64,000 nucleotides of DNA from a virus. A model generated the notes under the pieces. That model was not told the DNA's origin. It saw nothing but the letters and a program-made list of their open reading frames with translations, and made no database searches. Position 1 is the stretch's first letter, and the number at the start of each line of letters is the position of its first letter. The stretch spans positions 1 through 64,000 of IMG/VR virus record IMGVR_UViG_3300044825_002278; one strand, given 5' to 3'. This document shows positions 45,171-54,912 of the stretch, piece by piece. A program made the position numbers and the translations under genes.

Positions 45171-45524
45171 ATGCCAACTTATGACTTTGAATGCGAGCCG
45201 TGTGCGTATATCACGGAAATTAGACAGTCGATAGACAGTCCTAGTATTTTGGAATGTCCAATTTGTAAACAAGAAACCTTGAAAAAGGTATTTATATCAG
45301 TGCCTACAATGTTTGTTCGTGGCGAACCAACAACGGTTGGGCAACTTGCAGAAAGAAATACTGTTAAGCTTGGTAAGTACGAACTAGAAGCAAGAAAAGA
45401 AAACGATAAATTACAGAATACAGTTAGTGAAGAAGTTAAGAAAAAAAGAAAAGAACATCGTGCCATTCAATCAATGACTCCAGAGCAACAAGTCAAATAT
45501 ATAAAGACCGGGGAAATGCCTTGA
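45171..45524 (+). CDS. FmdB-family zinc-ribbon protein
   Basis: MPTYDFECEPC..CPIC..LKKVF. Confidence 0.8.
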   Translation: MPTYDFECEPCAYITEIRQSIDSPSILECPICKQETLKKVFISVPTMFVRGEPTTVGQLAERNTVKLGKYELEARKENDKLQNTVSEEVKKKRKEHRAIQSMTPEQQVKYIKTGEMP

Positions 45525-45823
45525 GTTCCTACGAATTAAAATTTACAGAACTTTTAAAACAACACAACGAGTCGTTAAAAAAGGAAATAAAAGACGAGCC
45601 AAGAAAATCCTTACCTCATATTGCCGTACTGACTTTTAAAATAGATGTTAGAGAACTCGACAATGATGGTATAATGGGAGAATTTGTTTTAAGCGGGAAT
45701 GAGCTTAAAAAATATGGCATGAGCAATAAAGCCCAAATTTTTGTAAAAGGGCAATCGGAAGCAGATTGTATTAAAAAAGTTAAAAACATATTGGAGAATA
45801 TAGATGCAAGAGCCAGAAACTGA
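45521..45823 (+). CDS. Hypothetical protein
   Basis: Coupled ORF. Confidence 0.55.
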   Translation: MSSYELKFTELLKQHNESLKKEIKDEPRKSLPHIAVLTFKIDVRELDNDGIMGEFVLSGNELKKYGMSNKAQIFVKGQSEADCIKKVKNILENIDARARN

Positions 45824-46166
45824 AGCTTTGTTTAGAGAAATGGGAATACCAGATCCTATACAAACAAAAGTTACCTTTATAGGCAAGGGCGGAAAAGAGT
45901 GCGACGAATATTCTTCTCTTGCCAAAAAGGTCGAAGTAAAATATAGTGTAAGCGATTTACAGTATCATTACTTTGTTAGGGTTGGACGAGGAGAATTGAT
46001 AGACCCGTACGAGGCTAATTCAAATTTGAGCAGAAAACATATTTCGGAAATGTTTGTTTATAGAAGAGTCAGCGAAAGAATTTTCAATGCCTTTTCTAAA
46101 TATCTTGAAACTAAAAATAGAATACATTTTACAACAGCAAGAAGACTTTTACTATCGGAGAGATAA
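45804..46166 (+). CDS. Hypothetical protein
   Basis: GGAG RBS. Confidence 0.6.
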   Translation: MQEPETEALFREMGIPDPIQTKVTFIGKGGKECDEYSSLAKKVEVKYSVSDLQYHYFVRVGRGELIDPYEANSNLSRKHISEMFVYRRVSERIFNAFSKYLETKNRIHFTTARRLLLSER

Positions 46167-46167
46167 A

Positions 46168-46479
46168 ATGAAAAAAGGACCGCTTTCAGGCGAAGAAAAA
46201 GAGTATATCAAAAACAATTACCAAGGACTTCAAGTAGAAGCTATGGCTGAAAAACTCGAAAGATCATTATCGATTGTTCAAAAATTCGTTGAGCAACTTC
46301 CTCCGATATTACCAGATACTAAAGGAAATGCTCAAGATCTTTATGCGCGCAAACCAGAACGTGGAGTTGTCGCATCTACTCAAGCTGCTTCAATGGCGGC
46401 AGATGAGTCAAGAGCAAACAGAGAGTCCAATCCAATTAGTCCAAGATACAACCAATTTATTCATAAAATAAAGAAATGA
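46168..46479 (+). CDS. Hypothetical protein with N-terminal HTH-like segment
   Basis: LSGEEKEYIK..MAEKLERS. Confidence 0.55.
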   Translation: MKKGPLSGEEKEYIKNNYQGLQVEAMAEKLERSLSIVQKFVEQLPPILPDTKGNAQDLYARKPERGVVASTQAASMAADESRANRESNPISPRYNQFIHKIKK

Positions 46480-46997
46480 GAACAGAAGTTTGTACTAACT
46501 TTGATGCGTACATGCATCATATATGTCATAATAGCATCAACATGAGTTGGACAGCCGATATGCAAAACGGTGTTACAATTTATGGTGATTATGAGCGTCC
46601 AGATTATGAAGATTGCTGGACTAGATTCAAAAAATATTGTGCTGAAAATAAAGTAGTTCCAGTTAGAATAAAACTTTATATGTTTGGCATGAAAGAATTT
46701 GTTTTCTTTGAAGATCCAAGCGGTCTTGATGGTTTTTCAATATGTCGTGGTTGTTCAAGAGATCAGTCGCTGAGTGGAGAATTTAGAGATTTTCAATTTT
46801 TGGCAGTGTCATTATTGAGGGACGAGTGTGATTATATCAATGTTAGAAAGTTTGCTTGGCCAGAAACAGCTTTTGAAGAAGCTGAAAGTATTAGGATGCT
46901 AACACAAAACAACATTGAAAACATGATATTTAAACATGACTCAGAAAAAGCAAAACACCCAGAAGTTCAGCAGTATCTCAACAGGACAACCGTGTAG
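46476..46997 (+). CDS. Hypothetical protein
   Basis: ATGA coupling; 173 aa. Confidence 0.6.
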   Translation: MRTEVCTNFDAYMHHICHNSINMSWTADMQNGVTIYGDYERPDYEDCWTRFKKYCAENKVVPVRIKLYMFGMKEFVFFEDPSGLDGFSICRGCSRDQSLSGEFRDFQFLAVSLLRDECDYINVRKFAWPETAFEEAESIRMLTQNNIENMIFKHDSEKAKHPEVQQYLNRTTV

Positions 46998-47406
46998 CGC
47001 GGCTCAATATATTGCTGAGTTGGTTTGCATACGAAAATCGGAAAAAGAAAACAAAGGAAGCTTGGCTTATAAATTCTGGAACAAAACAGATAACTACGAA
47101 ATACAAATTCGTGTAGCAAATAAGTTGATAAACAAATATGGCGAAAGAGCTGTATTACACTATCTAAATAGCCCTAGCGGATCGAATGTATATTCGCTAG
47201 GGTTTTTGCATAAAAGCAAGAAATTTGTTTTACCATTAGACTTTGTTAAAAAGGGTGTGGAAAAATCAAAAGAAATAACAGATGCCGAAGATGCAAAGCC
47301 CAAAAAAATAGTCCAGCAACCAACAAGCGAATATAAACAAAAACAATCGTCACCAAATACTAAGAGTTTATTTTTTAAATTGAGGAAAGCAGATGGTAGC
47401 AACTAA
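46936..47406 (+). CDS. Hypothetical protein
   Basis: 156 aa, directly upstream of recA. Confidence 0.6.
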   Translation: MTQKKQNTQKFSSISTGQPCSAAQYIAELVCIRKSEKENKGSLAYKFWNKTDNYEIQIRVANKLINKYGERAVLHYLNSPSGSNVYSLGFLHKSKKFVLPLDFVKKGVEKSKEITDAEDAKPKKIVQQPTSEYKQKQSSPNTKSLFFKLRKADGSN

Positions 47407-48475
47407 AATTCCAGATTACTTGAAAAAGTCAACTAAAGACTACGGTCAAATTATTAAAAGCGGGTCGGAGGTTTTGCAGGAAAAAAGTAACTACGAAGTT
47501 ATTTCTGTGGGTCCAGCGATTGATATTGCTCTTGGAGGCGGAATAAAAGAAGGTAGTTGGGTAACTTTGACGGGAGATCCAAAAAGCGGAAAAACTACAA
47601 CCGCAATGCAAATAGCGGCAAACTGCCAAAAGCTAGGTAGAAATATAATTTATATTGACGCGGAAGGAAGATTCAAGGATATGAATTTTCAAGTAGACGG
47701 ACTTGATCCAGAAAAGATGCTTATTATGGCTCCAGAAGATAAGCCGATTCCAGCAGAGAAATTTCTTGAATGGGCATACTTGATGATGAGCCATCCAGAA
47801 AATTACGGAGCTGTTTTGATCATTGACTCCATTTCTTCTTTGATTCCAGAAAAAGAACTCGATGGAGATTTTACTGCCGGTCGCGCTGGTCTTCCAAAGG
47901 TTTTATCTGTTTTTACTAAAAAGATAGGACAGCTTTTACCGCGACAACGTGGACTGGTTATTGCTATAACGCATTACATAGCCAATACATCTGGTTTTGG
48001 AAAAGCAAAAATGGCCGATGGTGGAAATAAAATCCAATATCAGGCTGACACTAGAATGGAAATTGCCGGGGGTGGAGAAAACACTCCAGCGGTTAAGTTC
48101 TGGGAAGATGACGAAGGTAAACGTGTAGGACAAGTTGTGAATTGGAAAATTATTTGTTCTTCTATGGGACCGCCGGGAGGACAAGTCCAAAGCTATATTA
48201 GATACGGTCATGGAATAGACCGCACACAAGAAATATTAATGCTTGGTTTGGATCTCGGTCTTATCGACAAATCTGGCGCATGGTTTACATGTTCGTTTAT
48301 TCAATTTTATAAAGATATAGCAAAACAAATATTTGCAAACATAGATACAGACAATGAAGAAGAGTTATTTAAAAAGTTTAAATTTCAAGGACAAAATAAA
48401 CTTTATGAATTTTTGAAATCATATCCAATTCTTGTTGACACGCTTGAAGGCATGATAAAAGGAAACTTAAAATGA
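47393..48475 (+). CDS. recA: RecA/UvsX-like recombinase
   Basis: DIALGGG, Walker A GDPKSGKTT, YIDAE, IIDSISSL, GLIDKSGAWF. Confidence 0.88.
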   Translation: MVATKIPDYLKKSTKDYGQIIKSGSEVLQEKSNYEVISVGPAIDIALGGGIKEGSWVTLTGDPKSGKTTTAMQIAANCQKLGRNIIYIDAEGRFKDMNFQVDGLDPEKMLIMAPEDKPIPAEKFLEWAYLMMSHPENYGAVLIIDSISSLIPEKELDGDFTAGRAGLPKVLSVFTKKIGQLLPRQRGLVIAITHYIANTSGFGKAKMADGGNKIQYQADTRMEIAGGGENTPAVKFWEDDEGKRVGQVVNWKIICSSMGPPGGQVQSYIRYGHGIDRTQEILMLGLDLGLIDKSGAWFTCSFIQFYKDIAKQIFANIDTDNEEELFKKFKFQGQNKLYEFLKSYPILVDTLEGMIKGNLK

Positions 48476-49416
48476 ATTTTTGGTCTTTGAGAAAAGAAGG
48501 AAAAATTGGAGATAATCTTTTTTGTAACTTGTATAAATGTTGCAAGCAGATGAACATCCAAGAATTAAAAAACGGAACTAGAAAAACTACATTTGAAGCA
48601 ATCCAAAATTGTGTTGGATATGACCCAAATTTTTCAACATTAATAACTCACGCAGATGATTGGGGTATTAAAAAACATAGATCTAAAATAACAAAATCAA
48701 ATTCAATTTATAGTTACACTATTGAAGGAGCGCCACATAATGGATGTTATTTGAATCTAGAGATAGATTCTGTTTTGCCAAAAGCAAAAAGATGGTTTAT
48801 GTCAAATTTGGGACAAGATATAGCAAAAAATGTATATCCAATACCAATCAATATTTGGCAAAAAGATTGGAATGGATTAGATATAAATCATCTTCGACAA
48901 ACCGACAAAAAACATCTTTGTTATGCAAATTTCACAATGACCTCTCCCTATAGAATAACTGTGGCTGAATGGGCTTGGGGAGAAAAATACATTGATTGTT
49001 ACTTTCCTAAAAGATATGAACATCAAGATGTTGAACTAAGTATGCCGATATTAAAGCATGAGCGATTATCTATGGACAAGTTTACCGAAACTTTAGCCTC
49101 GTATCATTTCTGTATTGCTCCAACTGGAAATGGTTTAGACTGTTTCAGAACTTGGGAGTGTATTCTATGCAACACAGTGCCGATAGTCCAAGACAATTGG
49201 ATGAATAAAGTTTTCTCAAAAATATGGCCGATGATTTTGGTTCATAGATATGAATTTACAAACGTGTATGAAGAAATAAACAAATTTCATGAGCAATACG
49301 GTCAAATAAACTATGATTATTCTTTGCTATTAGAAGAAAACTTTGAAGCTTTACTAGATAGGATAGAATATGAAAGTAATAGGCTTAGACGGGAACTCGT
49401 ACAAATGGAATCCTAA
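48472..49416 (+). CDS. Exostosin-like (GT47) protein
   Basis: FCIAPTGNGLDCFRTWECI..TVPIV. Confidence 0.7.
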   Translation: MNFWSLRKEGKIGDNLFCNLYKCCKQMNIQELKNGTRKTTFEAIQNCVGYDPNFSTLITHADDWGIKKHRSKITKSNSIYSYTIEGAPHNGCYLNLEIDSVLPKAKRWFMSNLGQDIAKNVYPIPINIWQKDWNGLDINHLRQTDKKHLCYANFTMTSPYRITVAEWAWGEKYIDCYFPKRYEHQDVELSMPILKHERLSMDKFTETLASYHFCIAPTGNGLDCFRTWECILCNTVPIVQDNWMNKVFSKIWPMILVHRYEFTNVYEEINKFHEQYGQINYDYSLLLEENFEALLDRIEYESNRLRRELVQMES

Positions 49417-49774
49417 ATCGGGTTCTGAATCAGCGAAAAGATCAAAACTTCATGAAAAGGCAAAAGTTATACTTGACATATGCTTTCCTTATGATAGAAT
49501 CTTACAAGAAGTTTCGTTACCCGGAACCAAAACGCTTGGAAGAAAAGGAACTCTTAGAGCTGATTTTTTTATACCAAACAGAAATTTGATTGTTGAAATT
49601 CATGGCCAACAGCATTTTAAATTCAACAAGTTTCATTTTAAAGATAAATTATCTTTTTTTCGCGCTCAAGCAAGAGACAGAGATAAACGAGAATGGTGTC
49701 GAGTAAATGAAATTAACATCATAGAATTTAATTATAACGAGAGTGAAGATGACTGGAGAAGAAAAATTAGCTGA
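49370..49774 (+). CDS. PD-(D/E)XK endonuclease (DUF559/Vsr-like)
   Basis: LRADFFIP..IVEIHG.QH..RD..K..WC. Confidence 0.75.
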   Translation: MKVIGLDGNSYKWNPKSGSESAKRSKLHEKAKVILDICFPYDRILQEVSLPGTKTLGRKGTLRADFFIPNRNLIVEIHGQQHFKFNKFHFKDKLSFFRAQARDRDKREWCRVNEINIIEFNYNESEDDWRRKIS

Positions 49775-50228
49775 ATTCTTACAGGCTATAGAAGATTGGA
49801 AAACTTCTAAGCACTTAAAAGAAACAAAACCACCAAGAGATGAGTCGCAATTAAATGCCATACTAAATGGTAGCTCTGAATGGTTAAAGATGCTAAATGA
49901 TAAAGAATGTACAATGTATGCTTATGAACTTTATGTTTATGCTGAATATATCGAAACAGTCAAAGCTAAAGAAAAAAATGTTTTAGAATGGGCAGATGCC
50001 TCTATTTGGTTTATAATAGGTGGAGTAATCAATCAGTACGGTAGTCAATACTCTAAGTGGCAAGAAAAGTATTATGCTGCTGTTAAAGAAAATCCGCTGG
50101 CTTCTGAAATACTAAAGATAAAAAATCATGCCGAAGCAAGAGTTAGAACCCTAGAAGGCAAGCATGAAAGGTTGATGAAAATGGCAGAAATACTAAATAA
50201 TTTAGCTAGGAGAAAACAGCATGGATAA
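49743..50228 (+). CDS. Helical protein, possibly a UvsY-like recombination mediator
   Basis: Coiled coil between recA and dnaB; assignment is positional only. Confidence 0.4.
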   Translation: MKMTGEEKLAEFLQAIEDWKTSKHLKETKPPRDESQLNAILNGSSEWLKMLNDKECTMYAYELYVYAEYIETVKAKEKNVLEWADASIWFIIGGVINQYGSQYSKWQEKYYAAVKENPLASEILKIKNHAEARVRTLEGKHERLMKMAEILNNLARRKQHG

Positions 50229-50628
50229 TGAAATTGTAAATAAATTGTTGGAATCTTTGTCTCCAGAACAACAAGCTGAACTTGTGCAGCAGTTACTGCA
50301 AAAACAAGCAGCTCCTAAAAATGAAACACAAGCCTACAAAAGAAATCCTCCGAGCAGAGATAAAGATGAAAATCTTTTTGTTATGAAGCAAGAGACAAAC
50401 AAAGTGCGAAAAACGCCAGTAACAGAAGGTAAACGGTTCAACAAATTTGTGGACAGCGGAGAGCATCGTGATGAAGTAAATCAAACACCGGTAGTAAAAC
50501 CGACTGAAAGACGCAGACCTAGTTTTCAATTGGTTGAACAAACCTGTATGCGATGCAGTAAAAAAGTTCAAGTTCACCCTCAACACTCTCGCGAATTTTA
50601 TGTGTGTGATTCATGTCTAAGAAGATAG
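50221..50628 (+). CDS. Hypothetical protein with C-terminal zinc ribbon
   Basis: CMRC...CDSC. Confidence 0.6.
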   Translation: MDNEIVNKLLESLSPEQQAELVQQLLQKQAAPKNETQAYKRNPPSRDKDENLFVMKQETNKVRKTPVTEGKRFNKFVDSGEHRDEVNQTPVVKPTERRRPSFQLVEQTCMRCSKKVQVHPQHSREFYVCDSCLRR

Positions 50629-52085
50629 AAAATAAGTTAGAAGATTTAGCTTCAGAACGCGCGGTTTTGGCTGCGCTGTGCCAGTATGGTCTAGACGCAT
50701 ATTTAGATGTAGACTTTATTGATTCTAGGTCTTTTACAGACCCAATCAATCAGTTAATATTTGACTGTATTTATAAATCAATATCTGAAAATACTCAGGT
50801 AGAGCTTTCGTCTATTCTTTCTGCCGCAAACAACTTGGGTGTAGCAGAACAGATAAATAACAAAGACGAAATAGCTTTTATTAGATCATTATTTAACTTT
50901 CCAATACACAAATCAAATGTTGGTGTTTACGCCGCAAAAATAGCAAAACTTAAGCTCGCTAGAGATTTGTTGCAAACACTTCGTGCCTGCGAGAAAGAAC
51001 TTGGAAATGTTACAGGCGAAGAAGATATCATTGATATTATATCAAAGATAGAAGAGCCTCTACTTGATGCAACTGGCGATATATACCAATCATCAAGCAA
51101 AAAAACTCAAACGCTTGGAGAAGGTCTAGATGAGTATTTGGAATATGTTTCCAACAATGTTTCTGATTTTGTTGGTATACCAAGTGGATTTCCTGCTTAT
51201 GATGCTGCTATAGGCGGAGGATTGCGTAGGAAGTGCGTTGATCTTGTTGCAGCTAGACCAAAGGTTGGTAAATCAATGTTTGGCGATGCTGTAGCTTTGC
51301 ATGTAGCGAGCAAATTAAATATTCCGGTTTTGATGCTTGATACTGAAATGTCAAAAGAAGATCACTACAATAGAATTTTAGCCAACTTGTCTGGTGTTGA
51401 AATTAATAAGATTTCCACTGGCAAGTTTAGCGAGAATGAAATTGAAAAAGAAAAGGTTTTTACTGCCGCTAAAAAGCTAAAAGAAATTCCATATCACTAT
51501 ATTAGTATTGCTGGAGAATCTTTTGAAAATATTTTGAGTCAGACTAGAAAATGGGTTTATCAACATGTAGGCTTTGACGAGAATGGTAAAACCAAAGACT
51601 GTCTCATAGTATATGACTATCTTAAACTAATGGGATCGGAAGGTATTAGCGCGGCTATGCAAGAATACCAAGTTCTTGGTTTTCAAATAACTAAACTTCA
51701 CAATTTTGTTGTTAAATATGATGTTCCGTGTTTAGCTTTTGTGCAGTTAAATAGAGATGGTATTACTAAAGAAAGCACCGATGCAGTTTCTGGTTCGGAT
51801 CGTTTGATTTGGCTTTGTACAAGTTTTTCAATATTCAAACTAAAATCAGACGAAGAAAAGGCCACTGACGGAACAAACAATGGAGATAGAAAATTAGTGC
51901 CGGTTGTTTCTCGTCATGGAGAAGGTTTGGATGATGGCGACTATATTAGCATGAAAATGCATGGCCGTTACGGAAGAATTGAGCAGGGTTTAACAAGAAA
52001 TGAAATTCATGAAAACAACAAAGTTAGACAAGAAGGTTTTGAAACCGACAACATTGACGAAGGAGAAGATTTCGTCGTTATGTGA
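50613..52085 (+). CDS. dnaB: Replicative DNA helicase
   Basis: SERAVLA N-domain, GIPSGF, AARPKVGKS, EMS, VYDYLKLM, QLNR. Confidence 0.92.
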   Translation: MSKKIENKLEDLASERAVLAALCQYGLDAYLDVDFIDSRSFTDPINQLIFDCIYKSISENTQVELSSILSAANNLGVAEQINNKDEIAFIRSLFNFPIHKSNVGVYAAKIAKLKLARDLLQTLRACEKELGNVTGEEDIIDIISKIEEPLLDATGDIYQSSSKKTQTLGEGLDEYLEYVSNNVSDFVGIPSGFPAYDAAIGGGLRRKCVDLVAARPKVGKSMFGDAVALHVASKLNIPVLMLDTEMSKEDHYNRILANLSGVEINKISTGKFSENEIEKEKVFTAAKKLKEIPYHYISIAGESFENILSQTRKWVYQHVGFDENGKTKDCLIVYDYLKLMGSEGISAAMQEYQVLGFQITKLHNFVVKYDVPCLAFVQLNRDGITKESTDAVSGSDRLIWLCTSFSIFKLKSDEEKATDGTNNGDRKLVPVVSRHGEGLDDGDYISMKMHGRYGRIEQGLTRNEIHENNKVRQEGFETDNIDEGEDFVVM

Positions 52086-53082
52086 TGAAGTTTTTCTTAA
52101 AATTCATTCGTTGCTAGAGCGATTAGAAATTGACTATGTTGAATATCCAAATAGACTAGCGTTTCCTTGTCCGGTTCACGGTGGAGATAACCCAGAGGCT
52201 TGTTGTATTTTTACCGATGGGCTTACCAATCAAGGTAATTGGGCCTGTTGGACGCATTCTTGCCACGATGAATACGTCAACAATCTTTTCGGGTTTGTTC
52301 GTGGGTGTTTATCTTATAAAAGCGGTAAACCGGTATCAATGCACGAAACCTCAAAATTTCTTTGCGAGTTTATAGCAAAAGATTTAGATGATCTAGAAGT
52401 TAAACAAACCAGAGAAAGTAAAACTTTAGATATCTTTAATAGGAAGATTAGCAGAGTAAATACCAATGTTTCTAGAGAAGAGATAAGAAGCAGAATAAAA
52501 ATACCATCTGAATATTATATTCGTAGAGGCTATTCTGCTGATATTTTAAATCTATTTGATGTTGGAGAATGTCTTGCTGACAATCAACCCATGAGCGGCA
52601 GGGTTGTAGTCCCAATATATGACGAGAGCTATAATTATGTTGGTTGTGTAGGAAGGGCAATAAAAGAACATATTAATCCAAAATGGTTGCACAGTAAGAA
52701 CTTTACAAAAAATGTTTTATATGGAATGAATTTAGCAAAAGACAATATACTGTCCAAAAGAACTGTCGCGATTGTAGAGGGTCAGGGTGATGTTTGGCGA
52801 GCTTTCGAGGCTGGTTTGAATATAACAGTTGGTATATTTGGATGTAGTCTAAATGATGATCAATTGATATTATTAGAGCAAAGCGGAGCGTTAAATGCTA
52901 TAATACTTACAGACCAAGATGAAGCTGGAAACAAAGCCGCAGAACAAATTATGAATAAATGCGGCAGAAGATTTAATTATATCAGACCCAAATGGTCAAC
53001 TAAAGACATTGGAGATTTAACAGTCGAACAAATCAAAACAGAAATATTTCCCCAGTTGAAAGGACTTGTTGATGAAAACTAG
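52000..53082 (+). CDS. dnaG: DNA primase
   Basis: CPVHGGDN..WAC..C zinc finger, RVVVPI, TOPRIM IVEG..D and DQDEAG. Confidence 0.88.
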   Translation: MKFMKTTKLDKKVLKPTTLTKEKISSLCDEVFLKIHSLLERLEIDYVEYPNRLAFPCPVHGGDNPEACCIFTDGLTNQGNWACWTHSCHDEYVNNLFGFVRGCLSYKSGKPVSMHETSKFLCEFIAKDLDDLEVKQTRESKTLDIFNRKISRVNTNVSREEIRSRIKIPSEYYIRRGYSADILNLFDVGECLADNQPMSGRVVVPIYDESYNYVGCVGRAIKEHINPKWLHSKNFTKNVLYGMNLAKDNILSKRTVAIVEGQGDVWRAFEAGLNITVGIFGCSLNDDQLILLEQSGALNAIILTDQDEAGNKAAEQIMNKCGRRFNYIRPKWSTKDIGDLTVEQIKTEIFPQLKGLVDEN

Positions 53083-53989
53083 AATTTTAGCTTTTGCTGG
53101 CTGCAAACAAGCTGGTAAATCTACTTGCTCAAACTTTTTGCATGGATATCAACTTCGCGCACAGGAAGTTATTCAAGATTTCGCCATTACTGAGCATGGA
53201 AAGCTTGTAGTAAAAACAGAAATTAGCGAAGATGGTAAAACTGAAATTGGCGAGACGTTTCTAGACACATCAAGAAAAGATCCTGATTTCGTAGAGTGGG
53301 CAATGTATAATATGTGGCCATTTGTAAAAAAGTATTCGTTTGCGGATACTTTAAAAGAAATTGGCATGACTCTTTTTGGTTTGACTTATGAGCAAGTTTA
53401 TGGTTCTGAAGCATATAAAAACCAACTCGTAGAACATCTACGGTGGGAAAATATGCCGGGTGTTATCACCCATAAAATGGTATCTTCTTTTATGGTTGGT
53501 ATAAATCCACCAATTAAAACTGCAAATGACTATATTGAATATGATAAAGATTTTACTGATGTATTTAAATTTATTATACATAAACCCGGACCAATGACTG
53601 TGCGCGAATTTCTACAGTATTTTGGAACCGAAGTATGTCGTAAAATATATGAACCAATATGGGTAAATAGAACCATCAAAGATATACAGCAAGAAGAACC
53701 TTTACTTGCGGTTATTGATGATTGTAGATTTGAAAATGAAATCAGGGCAGTTCAAGAAGCTGGCGGAAAAGTAATTGGACTAACTAGAAACGCCTCAAAA
53801 GATAAACATGACAGCGAACGAGTAATTGAAGATCATTCTGATATGATGGATGCAATTATTGATAATCAGAACATGGAAATTTTTGATGTTTGTAAATCAA
53901 TCATAACACAGCTAGATGAATGGGGATGGCTTGGAGCGCAAACGGTCACAAATAATGTAAAAGGACTTCACACCATAAAGGGTAAATAA
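53072..53989 (+). CDS. Deoxynucleoside monophosphate kinase
   Basis: GCKQAGKST, SFADTLK, REFLQYFGTE, IDDCRFENE, H.SE. Confidence 0.85.
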   Translation: MKTRILAFAGCKQAGKSTCSNFLHGYQLRAQEVIQDFAITEHGKLVVKTEISEDGKTEIGETFLDTSRKDPDFVEWAMYNMWPFVKKYSFADTLKEIGMTLFGLTYEQVYGSEAYKNQLVEHLRWENMPGVITHKMVSSFMVGINPPIKTANDYIEYDKDFTDVFKFIIHKPGPMTVREFLQYFGTEVCRKIYEPIWVNRTIKDIQQEEPLLAVIDDCRFENEIRAVQEAGGKVIGLTRNASKDKHDSERVIEDHSDMMDAIIDNQNMEIFDVCKSIITQLDEWGWLGAQTVTNNVKGLHTIKGK

Positions 53990-54012
53990 TGATAGTTACA
54001 TATACTAAATAA
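53989..54012 (+). pseudogene. Displaced 5' stub (MIVTY) of the Cas4-like nuclease gene
   Basis: TAATG-coupled MIVTYTK* parallels MLCTYVRSS at 54913. Confidence 0.5.
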
Positions 54013-54040
54013 TCAAAATAAATCCACTTATTGTTTATTT

Positions 54041-54087
54041 TGTGTATTATACTGTGTAACAATTACATTTTTTGCGAGATACAGTAT
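54041..54087 (+). promoter_or_regulatory. TGTGTATT motif and start-codon-sequestering hairpin
   Basis: ATACTGTGT (54049-57) pairs with ATACAGTAT (54079-87). Confidence 0.55.
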
Positions 54088-54910
54088 GAAACCAAGTAAA
54101 AAACAATTACAAGATCAATTAAATCAGGGAAAAACACTGAAGCAAATAGCAGAATATTTCGGCAAGAAATCTGCGTCATCTATTAAAAACTGGTTATCTA
54201 ATTATAATCTTATTTCTAATAAGGTTTGTAAGCCTTGGACAGAGGAAGAAGATAGGTTTTTGGTAGAAAATTACCCAAAGTATGGATATGAATATTGTGG
54301 AAAAAAACTTGGTAGATCAAAAGATTCGATATATCAAAGATGTCAAAAAATTGATATTTGTAAAAATAGTAAATGGCAATCTTTAGATAGGGATTGGCTT
54401 ATAAAATGTTATGAGGAAGACAATTTGAGCATTAAAAATATAGCAAGTCAAATAGATGGTATAGAATTCTGGGATGTCTACGCGGCTCTAATACATTATG
54501 GAATAAAAATAAACAAATCTGGCAAATACTATGGAAAAGATCATCATAATTGGTCTGGATATCAAGAAATTTCAAATACTCATTGGTTGTCAATAAAACA
54601 ATCTGCAAAAAAGGGAAGGTCTAGAGAGATAGATTTTGATATAACTATAGAGGAAGCATGGGAATTATTTATAGGGCAAAATCGTCAATGCGCTTTATCT
54701 GGAGTAGAAATTAAATTTTCTCCAACCGGAAGTAATAGGTATCAAAAAACTACAGCATCGTTAGATAGAATAGATTCTTCAAAAGGATATTTTTTAAATA
54801 ATTGCCAATGGGTTCATAAAAATATCAACATGATGAAACAATCTTTATCCGATAAAGAGTTCATAGATTGGTGTTCTAAAGTTTGTAATTACAATCAAGG
54901 TAAAAAATAA
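54086..54910 (+). CDS. His-Me finger/HNH-type homing endonuclease with N-terminal HTH/Myb-like repeats
   Basis: WTEEED..L..NY; Q...CALSG..ASLDRIDSSKGY..NCQWV...NMMK. Confidence 0.8.
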   Translation: MKPSKKQLQDQLNQGKTLKQIAEYFGKKSASSIKNWLSNYNLISNKVCKPWTEEEDRFLVENYPKYGYEYCGKKLGRSKDSIYQRCQKIDICKNSKWQSLDRDWLIKCYEEDNLSIKNIASQIDGIEFWDVYAALIHYGIKINKSGKYYGKDHHNWSGYQEISNTHWLSIKQSAKKGRSREIDFDITIEEAWELFIGQNRQCALSGVEIKFSPTGSNRYQKTTASLDRIDSSKGYFLNNCQWVHKNINMMKQSLSDKEFIDWCSKVCNYNQGKK

Positions 54911-54912
54911 TT